A DNA stretch of 64,000 nt from an uncultured Gemmatimonadales bacterium (lineage in GTDB: Bacteria; Gemmatimonadota; Gemmatimonadetes; Gemmatimonadales; GWC2-71-9). A model generated the notes under the pieces. The model saw nothing but the letters and a program-made list of their open reading frames with translations, searched no databases and was not told the DNA's origin. Position 1 is the first letter of the stretch. Each line of letters begins with the position of its first letter. Shown here piece by piece: positions 40,830-49,426 of this stretch. Location: the NCBI GenBank assembly GCA_963842945.1, contig CAWJIM010000021.1:64001-128000 (forward strand). The letters are read 5' to 3'. The translations under genes were made by a program, and so were the position numbers.

Positions 40830-42509
40830 ATGACGCAGGGAACAGGAGTGCGGCCAGTCGGGCTGCGAGTAGTACCGGTCTCGCTGGTACTCGTCACCGT
40901 TGTTCTCGCAGGCTGCAATGAGAGTCAGGAAGGACCAATTGCTCCCTCCACCGAGCTCGCCCAATCGGCGGGTTGCGCCTACTCCGACGATGCGGCTGCC
41001 CGAGTACGGACTGTGACAGGTACCTGCGCGAATGGCCGGGTGACGGTTCCCAAAGGGTGGTCACTTAAAGTCGAGCGCTCGGGACAAGGGTTGGGCTCCG
41101 GGGGTGTGTCCGTGGCCCCGTCCGGCACGGTTTCGGCAGCTAGCACCATTTTCTCATCGCCCGATGCGAGTTATCTACTGAGCGCCAGATCAACTATTGA
41201 TATCGCCTCCTTGCCGGACGCCAGCACCCACAATTCCGTCAGTGCTGGCTCTCAGACCATCTCCTTTAGTACTCCCCTGGAAAAGCTGCAGGTACCCGAC
41301 TCTTGGGGATCGTGGTCTTCGCCGCCAGATGTGGAGTCATCTACACCACCGGTCCTGTTCTCGCAGTACGAGAACTCGCTAACCTTGTCACTCTCGCGAC
41401 CCACCATCATTCTGGGGTTCGAGCTGGAGCCGAACAATTTTGACCTGTTCACCTTCACTGTGGATTTCTTCTCGGGAAGTCAGCTTGTAGGAAGTGTTAC
41501 CCGAACAGTCGATGGCGCCGCAGGAGCACGGTTATTTGCAGTCCGGACCGATGGTCTGTTGATTGATCGCGCTGTAATTGCTACAGACGGCGATGCTGGC
41601 GGGTTTTCCATAGCGCAGCTCCGTTATTCTACCGAGATCGGCTGGGTTGCGCGGACATCGCTCCCCTCAGCTCGGCGCAGCCTGGCCGCTGCCTCCGCCG
41701 CAGGACTCCTCTACGCCATTGGTGGCGCTACCAGCTCCGGGACCGCGCTGAAAACCGTGCAGGTCTACAACCCGAGTACCAACGCCTGGACCACCAAGGC
41801 GCCCCTCCCCGCCGCCCGCCCCTTCGGCAACGGGGCGACCCACATCAGCGGAACGATTTACTTGCCGGGCGGGCAGGATGCCGGCAATGTCATAACCCGC
41901 ACCCTCTACGCCTATAAAATCAGCACCAATACCTGGTCGACCAAAGCCAGCATGCCCGTCTTCAGCGGCTGCGGCGGTTCGGGCGTGATCAGCGGCAAGC
42001 TCTACGTCTACAGCGGCTGCACCAGGACCGCGACCGGTCCGCAGACCGCGGCGGCGCTGCTGCACCGCTACGATCCGGCTTCGAACACCTGGACCACCCT
42101 GCGGGCCGCCCCTTCGGTGCACGTGCACCCGGCGGTGACGGTCGTCGCCGGCAAGCTCTACGTTGCCGGGGGCAATACCGGCGGCAGCGTCGTCACCGGC
42201 CGAGTGGACGTGTACAACCCCGCTACCAACAGCTGGTCCACAGTGGCGGCGATGCCGACGCCGAGAGTGGCTGCTGCCGGCGGCCTCATCGGCGGGAAGC
42301 TCTACGTCGTCGGGGGCCGAAACGGCGCAACCTACTACAACACGCTGGAAGTGTACGATCCGCTCACGAACGCCTGGACGTCGGTAGCTTCACTGCCGGC
42401 TGTTCGCGGCGGACTGGCTGTGGGAGTCATCAGTGGATCGCTGTATGCCATCGGTGGCCGCAATGCCGCCACGGCCGCGCTGGGCACCAACGAGCGGCTT
42501 ACGCCCTAG
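40830..42509 (+). CDS. Lipoprotein with unknown beta-sandwich domain fused to C-terminal Kelch propeller
   Basis: AGGAGG RBS, VLAGC lipobox, beta-rich middle (LGFELEPN, GARLFAV), Kelch x6. Confidence 0.85.
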   Translation: MTQGTGVRPVGLRVVPVSLVLVTVVLAGCNESQEGPIAPSTELAQSAGCAYSDDAAARVRTVTGTCANGRVTVPKGWSLKVERSGQGLGSGGVSVAPSGTVSAASTIFSSPDASYLLSARSTIDIASLPDASTHNSVSAGSQTISFSTPLEKLQVPDSWGSWSSPPDVESSTPPVLFSQYENSLTLSLSRPTIILGFELEPNNFDLFTFTVDFFSGSQLVGSVTRTVDGAAGARLFAVRTDGLLIDRAVIATDGDAGGFSIAQLRYSTEIGWVARTSLPSARRSLAAASAAGLLYAIGGATSSGTALKTVQVYNPSTNAWTTKAPLPAARPFGNGATHISGTIYLPGGQDAGNVITRTLYAYKISTNTWSTKASMPVFSGCGGSGVISGKLYVYSGCTRTATGPQTAAALLHRYDPASNTWTTLRAAPSVHVHPAVTVVAGKLYVAGGNTGGSVVTGRVDVYNPATNSWSTVAAMPTPRVAAAGGLIGGKLYVVGGRNGATYYNTLEVYDPLTNAWTSVASLPAVRGGLAVGVISGSLYAIGGRNAATAALGTNERLTP

Positions 42510-42562
42510 CTGCTCACCTAGCTGCGCTCTAACGGAACGGCTGCCCTCACCGGCAGCCGTTC
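41643..42562 (+). repeat. Kelch cassette + terminator, copy 2
   Basis: About 35 differences in 288 aa versus copy 1 (manual count); same hairpin AACGGCTGCC-CTCACC-GGCAGCCGTT. Confidence 0.9.
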
Positions 42563-42634
42563 TAGTGTGATCCAGATCACACCGCCGTTTGCCCGGCCAA
42601 ACCGGGTTCCCTACATTGCGAAGTCCCCTCTCTG

Positions 42635-44593
42635 TTGCCGGAGCTCACCTGCCCAAGCCCTGAACGTCCGTCTCACCCCGTTTCGGCTGCCGACCTGACC
42701 GCCGCCAGGTTGGCCGCCATTGTCGAGTCCTCCGACGACGCGATCGTGAGCAAGACGCTCGACGGCACGGTCCTGAGCTGGAATGCCTCGGCCGAGCGGA
42801 TCTTCGGCTATTCGGCCGAGGAGATGGTGGGCTCCTCCATTTACAAGCTGATCCCGCCAGAGTTGCATGACGACGAACGCGACATTCTGGCGCGGATCGG
42901 TCAGGGCGAGCACCTCGCCCACTTCGAGACCATTCGCAGGCACAAGAACGGATCGCTGTTCCCCATCGAGCTCAGCATCTCTCCGATTCGCGACGATTCG
43001 GGTACCATCATCGGGGCGTCCTCGATCAAACGGGATATCAGCGAGCGCAGGCGCGCCGTGGAGACCTCGGCCCGTCTCGCCGCCATCGTCGAGTCGTCCG
43101 ATGACGCCATCATCAGCAAGGCACTGAACGGAACGGTGTTGACCTGGAACGCCGCGGCGGAGCGGATGTACGGCTACCGGGCGTCAGAGATTGTGGGCCG
43201 GTCAATTTACGACCTGGTGCCAACCGATCTCCGATCGGAGGAGCAGGACATTCTGGAGCGGGTAGGCCGAGGCGAGCACGTGGCTCATTACGAGACCCGA
43301 CGCTGCCGCAAGGACGGCACTCAGCTGGAGATCTCTCTTGCGCTCTCTCCTATCCGGGACGGACGCGGCGAGATCATCGGCGCCTCGTCCATTCAGCGCG
43401 ACATCTCCGACCGGCGCCGGGCCGAGGACGCCCTCAGGCAGGCCGCCAAGATGGAGGCGATTGGAGTGCTGGCCGGCGGACTGGCCCACGACTTCAACAA
43501 CCAACTCTATGCCGTCAGCGGATTCGCCCATTTCATTGGGCGAGATCCGGGACTGAGTCCCGCCACTCGCCAGGATCTCATCGAGCTCCAGAAGGTGGCG
43601 GAGCGGATGGCCAGCCTGACCCGGCAGCTGCTGGCCTTTGCCCGGCAGCAGGTGCTGAGCCCTGAGATCCTCGATCTGAATGTGGCAGTGGAAGAGACCC
43701 TGCCCATGCTCCGGCGGCTGCTGGGCAGCAACACCGCGGTGGAGCTGAGCCTCTCTCCCGGGCCCAGGTGGGTCCGGGTGGACCGGGCCCAGCTGGTGCA
43801 GGTGCTGCTGAACCTGGTGATCAACGCCCGCGATGCCATGCCCGACGGCGGAACGATCAAGGTGCGCACCACCACCCACGAGGTGAGGCCGGGCCGGATG
43901 CGCGACCGGCTGAAAACGCCGGTGGAGCCTGGCGCCTATGCCGAGCTCTCGGTCAGTGATACCGGCAGTGGAATTTCCTCCGAGCATCTGCCCCACATCT
44001 TCGAGCCGTTTTACACCACCAAGGAAGTGGGCATGGGCACCGGTCTGGGCCTGGCGACGGTGGAGGGGATCGTCGCCCAAAGCGGAGGCTATATCCAGGT
44101 TGACAGCACGCTGGGACAGGGCACCAGCATAAGGATTCTGATGCCGTTCGCGCCGGAGCCCACCTTGAAACCGCGCTCGGGGCCTGTGGGACCAGGCAAG
44201 AACAAGTCCCGCGGCCGGATACTGGTGGTGGAAGACGAGGATCCGGTCAGGGCTGTGGTAATCCGGACGCTGAAGGAAGCCGGCTATGACGTGCTCGGCG
44301 CCTCGAACAGCCAGCAGGCGCTGAAAGAGCTGGAGGAAATCGGGGGCGCCGTAAATGTGGTGCTGAGCGACGTCGTCATGCCGGGGATGAGTGGGCGTCA
44401 GTTTGCCGCTGAGCTGAGCCGCCGGTATCACCAGATCCCGATCGTATGGATGTCGGGTCACACCCGGGAAACGGAGCTGCAGAAGGGCCAGGTGACGGCC
44501 GACGAGCCCTTCCTGCACAAGCCGGTACCTCGTGACCTTCTGCTGGACACCCTGGCCAACGCCATAAAGCGTCTCACCGAGACGAGGAGCTGA
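42635..44593 (+). CDS. Cytoplasmic hybrid histidine kinase (2 PAS-HisKA-HATPase-REC, CckA-like)
   Basis: LAAIVESSDDAI x2, LAHDFNN, NARDAM, FEPFYTTK..GTGLGL, ILVVEDE..SDVVMPG. Confidence 0.93.
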   Translation: MPELTCPSPERPSHPVSAADLTAARLAAIVESSDDAIVSKTLDGTVLSWNASAERIFGYSAEEMVGSSIYKLIPPELHDDERDILARIGQGEHLAHFETIRRHKNGSLFPIELSISPIRDDSGTIIGASSIKRDISERRRAVETSARLAAIVESSDDAIISKALNGTVLTWNAAAERMYGYRASEIVGRSIYDLVPTDLRSEEQDILERVGRGEHVAHYETRRCRKDGTQLEISLALSPIRDGRGEIIGASSIQRDISDRRRAEDALRQAAKMEAIGVLAGGLAHDFNNQLYAVSGFAHFIGRDPGLSPATRQDLIELQKVAERMASLTRQLLAFARQQVLSPEILDLNVAVEETLPMLRRLLGSNTAVELSLSPGPRWVRVDRAQLVQVLLNLVINARDAMPDGGTIKVRTTTHEVRPGRMRDRLKTPVEPGAYAELSVSDTGSGISSEHLPHIFEPFYTTKEVGMGTGLGLATVEGIVAQSGGYIQVDSTLGQGTSIRILMPFAPEPTLKPRSGPVGPGKNKSRGRILVVEDEDPVRAVVIRTLKEAGYDVLGASNSQQALKELEEIGGAVNVVLSDVVMPGMSGRQFAAELSRRYHQIPIVWMSGHTRETELQKGQVTADEPFLHKPVPRDLLLDTLANAIKRLTETRS

Positions 44594-44614
44594 CAGGCAA
44601 AGGAGAATGGGCCG

Positions 44615-45628
44615 GTGAAGGGAGCAGCCAGAGTTGTCCGGTGGGTCCTGCTCTGTGGAGCGGGGTTGCCGATCAACGCACCGGCCCAAAAGTCTGAGAT
44701 CTCGGCGGTGCAGGTCCAGATGCGCCACGTCGATTTCCATGTGGATTCGAGCATAGTCCTCCAGATCGAATCCCTCCGCGGTGAGGTCCAGCCCACATCC
44801 CCGGAGCACTCCCCCTACTTCGACGACAAGAGCTCGTTTGTCCTCTCCATCGACTCGGCGCGAATCGGCATCACGCCACGGTCGCTGGGGGACTTGCTCA
44901 ACCGCTACACCTTTGCCTACCCGGGATCACCCCTGCGGCGGCTGCGGATTAGCGTCGAGAAGGGGCAGATCAGGCAGGAAGGCACCATGCGGGGAATCTC
45001 GTTCAGCATTCTGGCCGACCTGACGCTGACCCCAACCGGTGAGCTCCGCCTGCACCCCAGCTCGGTCAAGGCAGCAGGAATCGGGGTGGGCGGACTGATG
45101 AAGTTCTTCGGCTTGCACCTGGAGAAGCTGGTCAAGCTGGAGGGAGTCCGAGGCGTGCGAATAGACAAGGACGACTTCTATCTGGATCCTCCCAGACTGT
45201 TGCCGCCTCCGCTGGTCAAAGGCCGGGTGGGCGGGGTGCTGGTCACCGACACCGCCATGGTGCTGACATTCCAGCCGGTCGACAGCAGCAAGGTCAAGCC
45301 GCTGACCGTTCCCGACCCCAAGGCAGCGAACTATATGTTCTACCGCGGGGGTGTGCTGCGCTTCGGCAAGCTCACCATGCACGATGCCGATCTCATGATC
45401 GTGGATGCCAATCCGCAAGATCCGTTCGACTTCTACCTCGATCACTACAATGCCCAGCTGGTTGCCGGGTATGAGAAGAACACGCCTGACCACGGCCTGA
45501 TCGTGGTCATGCAGGACTACAGGAGAACGCCGCCCCTCCCCCAGAAACTCGTCACCCCAAGGCCGGCTCTCCTCCCAGCTAGAATGGGGTGGTTCCAGAT
45601 TCACGCTGGATTCACGGAAGATCGTTAG
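44615..45628 (+). CDS. Exported hypothetical protein
   Basis: Signal peptide, beta-rich; no motif recognised. Confidence 0.65.
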   Translation: MKGAARVVRWVLLCGAGLPINAPAQKSEISAVQVQMRHVDFHVDSSIVLQIESLRGEVQPTSPEHSPYFDDKSSFVLSIDSARIGITPRSLGDLLNRYTFAYPGSPLRRLRISVEKGQIRQEGTMRGISFSILADLTLTPTGELRLHPSSVKAAGIGVGGLMKFFGLHLEKLVKLEGVRGVRIDKDDFYLDPPRLLPPPLVKGRVGGVLVTDTAMVLTFQPVDSSKVKPLTVPDPKAANYMFYRGGVLRFGKLTMHDADLMIVDANPQDPFDFYLDHYNAQLVAGYEKNTPDHGLIVVMQDYRRTPPLPQKLVTPRPALLPARMGWFQIHAGFTEDR

Positions 45629-45696
45629 CCTCGGGGTCACAATACGCCGGGCTTCAGCAAATCGCCCTCACCCCGTGTCACTTTTTAGGAGGATCT

Positions 45697-45855
45697 ATGT
45701 CTGAGCACAAACGGCAGGTCAGGACTGAGCTGACCGCTGATCAGAAGGCCAGCAAGCGGGATGAATCGAACCTGGCCGCCACGGGGAAGGATGCTGAGTT
45801 GGAGTTGTCGGCAGAAGAGCTGGAAGAGCGGATTGCGCCCGTTAAAGCGTGGTAG
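45697..45855 (+). CDS. RiPP-precursor-like peptide (52 aa, ELEERIAP motif)
   Basis: AGGAGG RBS; MSEHKRQVRTELTADQK...ATGKDAELELSAEELEERIAPVKAW. Confidence 0.7.
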   Translation: MSEHKRQVRTELTADQKASKRDESNLAATGKDAELELSAEELEERIAPVKAW

Positions 45856-46031
45856 AAGAAGCACGTGTAAGCTGGACCCCTGCTTGGGAGTACCAGAAGG
45901 GCCGGGGCGGCATCGCTCGGCCCTTCCAGCAATTGGCGTGGGGTCATGCCGTCTCTGCTTACCCTGAGGAATCCTGAAAGGCAGCACATGGTGATCCTTG
46001 TCGGCGGGGCTTTGGTGCTAGTGAAGGCGGC

Positions 46032-46178
46032 ATGACGGTCCGGGACTTCGTGATCTTCTGGGCTGGGATCGTCGCGGGCAGCGGGATAACGGGCTTGCTG
46101 GCGATCCTGACTATCGGCCGGGTGTACCGGGACAATCAAAGGCCCACCATCAGCCTTGTGCGAGGGGAGGCAGACTAG
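46032..46178 (+). CDS. Putative 48-aa single-TM protein
   Basis: MTVRDFVIFWAGIVAGSGITGLLAILTIGRVYRDNQRPTISLVRGEAD; ATGA-coupled to a 29-aa ORF at 45946-46035. Confidence 0.35.
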   Translation: MTVRDFVIFWAGIVAGSGITGLLAILTIGRVYRDNQRPTISLVRGEAD

Positions 46179-46427
46179 TCAATACGAGCAGATCTCGAGC
46201 AACAGCCTTCTAGGTCCAAAAGCGCCCGCCAGCCACCGCCAGCGGGCGCTGCTGTTCCTGTGACTGCACCGTCCGGCTGAGGAAGTAAGCCACCCCTCAT
46301 ATCGCAGATGGTAGGTCGCAGTTCGGCGTCGCGGCCGAGCCAGCACAAGCGGGCGGCGGAAGGTCGACAAGGTTGCCCCCGGATGAATTGCCTAAGATAT
46401 TTTGGAATCGCTATTTCCATTGCACTC

Positions 46428-46500
46428 GGGGGCGTAGCTCAGTTGGTAGAGCAAGGGACTTTTAATCCCTAGGTCGTGGGTTCGAGTCCCACCGCCCTCA
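46428..46500 (+). tRNA. tRNA-Lys (anticodon TTT)
   Basis: GGGGGCG acceptor stem pairs with CGCCCTC; D-arm GCTC-AGTTGGTA-GAGC; anticodon arm AGGGA-CTTTTAA-TCCCT; GTTCGAG T-loop; CCA not encoded. Confidence 0.97.
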
Positions 46501-46605
46501 TAGACTTAGCTTTCCTGCACTGTCGCATTGCACCGCCGCTGGCACTACAGACCCGCCATTTCTGCGGGGCTCGGCTCTGACCCTGCCCGTCTGAGTTCGG
46601 AAAAC

Positions 46606-46881
46606 ATGCCAACACTCCTGGTGAACTGTCGCGTCCCCGTAGAGGGGGCCCATGAAGGGTCCGCTCTCTATTTTCGCAAATGGATCCCGGACGGTGCCAA
46701 TGACGCACTGGAAGTCGAGGAAGGTGGGTTTAGAGTCCGTGTTTGGATAGACAGGAGCTGCCTCCATGTCCGTGACCGCGCCAGGACCGACGACGAACTT
46801 GCCAGACACCTGAACATCGCGGTCTCTTCGATTCTGGTCGAGGTGATTGTGCCCGATGTTCCTGACGATCTGGCATCCTAG
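46606..46881 (+). pseudogene. Probable 3'-truncated gene fragment right after the tRNA
   Basis: MPTLLVNCRVP..LVEVIVPDVPDDLAS ends abruptly at the convergent cupin stop; lower GC. Confidence 0.35.
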
Positions 46882-47366
46882 TAGCCGAACGGAAAACTTC
46901 GCGGCTTCGGTGCGTCCTCAGCCCGCACATAGGTGATCGTGTAAGGGCCCATGAACGTTGCCGAAACCAGGGTCCTCCCCTTGGCGATCGAGAAATGGTG
47001 CATCCCCGCCGGGGCGGTCGCCGAATCACCGGCTGCCAGGGCCTGGGTCATCTTGGGATCGAGCCGGTCTCCCGCGCCGACCAGGAGGGCTCCCTCCTTG
47101 ACCTCGACGTGCTCGTAGCTGGGATGGCTGTGCGGCGGGATCCGGTACCCGTTCGGCATGGAAACCAGGAGAGTAAACGGGCCGGGACGGGTGGGATCGC
47201 CGCTGAGGACGGCAATGAGAGCGCCGGGTGGCAGCACAGGCGGCACTATCCAGTGCAGTGAGTCGGTCTGGCTGACCCCTGCGCCACCGCACCCGGAGGC
47301 CAGAAACCACACCGATCCGGCGATGGTGCATCGACGTAGTGAGCTCCGGCTGTTGAACAGGTCCAT
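46878..47366 (-). CDS. Cupin domain lipoprotein (DUF4437-like)
   Basis: LASGC lipobox, LSGDPT.PGPF, IPPHSHP..EHVEV, PAGMHH. Confidence 0.85.
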   Translation of the reverse strand: MDLFNSRSSLRRCTIAGSVWFLASGCGGAGVSQTDSLHWIVPPVLPPGALIAVLSGDPTRPGPFTLLVSMPNGYRIPPHSHPSYEHVEVKEGALLVGAGDRLDPKMTQALAAGDSATAPAGMHHFSIAKGRTLVSATFMGPYTITYVRAEDAPKPRSFPFGY

Positions 47367-47454
47367 AGCTATAGCCCTCAGGAGTACGGGAAGATCCGAT
47401 GTGGGTCCCATGCTGAGACGTGGGAACCTCAAGGGATTCGGATCCAATGGGCCG

Positions 47455-47746
47455 ACCGGGTATGGGCCTTTCGATCTGCCGCACACTGGTGACCTCGCAC
47501 GGCGGAAGACTGTGGGCGGAACGCAGGGCCGAGCGCGGCGCCGCATTCTATGTCGCGCTCCCTCTGGCCATGGAGCACGGATCATCGACGCTGCTAGCGT
47601 CGGCATCGTCGACCAGCCCTTCCAGTGAACCCGCCGGGGACTGGGCGCTTCTAGCGGCATGCAGCGCGACCCTCGCGGACTCCATTCGCTGCGCCTCCTA
47701 CTCTCGGAGCCGGCTCCACTCGAGCTGCGTCATCCGCCCCACCTGA
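47455..47746 (+). pseudogene. Histidine kinase HATPase C-terminal remnant
   Basis: GMGLSICRTLVTSHGGRLWAE..GAAFYVALP with no upstream domains. Confidence 0.75.
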
Positions 47747-47800
47747 TCTAGTGGCTTCCCAGCCGCGGTCGTATAGTTGTGCACACCCGTGAATTCAAAC

Positions 47801-49426
47801 ATGAGTTCCAACTCACACCCCGACCCTCGGGCCACCCGTCTCGTGGAGACCGAGATCGGGATTACGCCGAAGCAGCGAGGATCGGCCGACCGGCAGCGCC
47901 TTCCCGACGACGTGCTGCAGGAGGCGGCTCGACGCCTTGGCGTCCTCTGTCTCATCAGCGCTGTTGTCTGGACCGCCAATCTGCTGCTGTTGAACCTCGT
48001 CTACGCCGTCCCGGGGGAGGCGGCGCTCGAGCCCATCCGGGCGGCAGCGTACTGGAAGTGGCGCTCGGTCTACGATGTGGTCATTGGGACCAACATCCTC
48101 GGATCCCTCGGCTTGTTCTGGTTCACTCGCCGGCGAAACCAGCGCCCTCAGCTGATTCTGGACCTAGCTCTGGTATATGAGGTTCTTACCGCGCTGTCGG
48201 TGGGAATTCTCGACTACGTCAAGCAGCGTCCCACCGAGGGTGTGTCCTGGATCGCAGTGATCATTCTGCTCTTCGCACCGATGGTTCCCAGCACTCCGCG
48301 AAAGACGTTGGCGACCGCCCTGCTGGCCGCGAGCATGGGCGTAGTAGGTGCCCTCGTCTGGAGGGCTTTGGGAGTGCAAACGGCGGGGTTGCAGCAGATT
48401 CTGCTGCTCTCGACCCCTAATTACCTCTGCGCCGCCATGGCGCCCGTGGTCTCCCACATCATCACCCGGCTGGGCCGCGAGGTCCAGCAGGCACGAGCGA
48501 TGGGTAGCTATCTCCTGGGTGAGCTCATAGCCCGGGGGGGGATGGGAGAGGTGTGGCAGGCAACTCATCGCTTGCTGGTGCGTCCCGCGGCCATCAAGCT
48601 GATCAGGCCGGAGGCTCTAGGGGCGAGCACGCCCGACCAGGCCAAGGTGATGGTGCAGCGATTCCGGCGAGAGGCCCGGGCTGCAGCCGCCCTGCAATCG
48701 CCGCACACCATCCAGCTCTACGACTTTGGGGTGTCGAGTGACGGCACTTTCTACTATGTGATGGAGCTGCTCAACGGGCTCGATCTTCAACGTCTGGTGT
48801 CTGAGTATGGCGCACTCTCGCCAGCCAGGACCATTCACATTCTGCAGCAGGTGTGTGAGTCGCTCGGGGAAGCCCATGACCGGGGGCTGGTCCATCGTGA
48901 CATCAAGCCGGCCAACATCCAGGTCTGCCGGAGAGGGCGCGAGTGCGACTACGTAAAAGTCCTCGATTTCGGTCTCGTAAAGCACGTCGCCTCCGGCGAC
49001 CCGGCGGAAGCGGACCTCACTGCTCCAAACTTGCTCGCGGGTACTCCTGCCTATCTCTCTCCCGAGACTGTCACCGGTGAGCCAGTGGACCACCGAAGCG
49101 ACATTTACTCCCTGGGCTGCGTGGCGTACTGGATGCTCACCGGAAGGCACGTATTCGAAGCTGAGAGCGTAGTACAGATGATAGCGCGGCATATGCAGGC
49201 CATCCCGGAGCCGCCGTCACGTTTCAGTCCCGAGCCCCTACCGAGCGGTCTCGAACAGGTGGTTCTCGCATGTCTGGCCAAACGCCCGGCGGACCGACCG
49301 AAGAGCGCGTGGGAATTGGCCGATAGGTTGGCCGAATGCGAGACGGTGACGCCCTGGACTCGCGAAGATGCGCGCTGCTGGTGGGAAACCCGGCTCACTC
49401 CCGAGCCAGCGGTCATCTTCGAATGA
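47801..49426 (+). CDS. Hanks-type Ser/Thr kinase with N-terminal multi-TM domain
   Basis: IARGGMGEVW, AAIKLI, HRDIKPAN, VLDFGLVK, GTPAYLSPE, DIYSLG. Confidence 0.95.
   Translation: MSSNSHPDPRATRLVETEIGITPKQRGSADRQRLPDDVLQEAARRLGVLCLISAVVWTANLLLLNLVYAVPGEAALEPIRAAAYWKWRSVYDVVIGTNILGSLGLFWFTRRRNQRPQLILDLALVYEVLTALSVGILDYVKQRPTEGVSWIAVIILLFAPMVPSTPRKTLATALLAASMGVVGALVWRALGVQTAGLQQILLLSTPNYLCAAMAPVVSHIITRLGREVQQARAMGSYLLGELIARGGMGEVWQATHRLLVRPAAIKLIRPEALGASTPDQAKVMVQRFRREARAAAALQSPHTIQLYDFGVSSDGTFYYVMELLNGLDLQRLVSEYGALSPARTIHILQQVCESLGEAHDRGLVHRDIKPANIQVCRRGRECDYVKVLDFGLVKHVASGDPAEADLTAPNLLAGTPAYLSPETVTGEPVDHRSDIYSLGCVAYWMLTGRHVFEAESVVQMIARHMQAIPEPPSRFSPEPLPSGLEQVVLACLAKRPADRPKSAWELADRLAECETVTPWTREDARCWWETRLTPEPAVIFE

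Noticed and set aside
42700..43420. Internal DNA repeat in the hybrid kinase
   Set aside because: Ordinary tandem PAS domain duplication
45697..45855. PqqA precursor
   Set aside because: No ExxxY core and no pqqBCDE genes nearby
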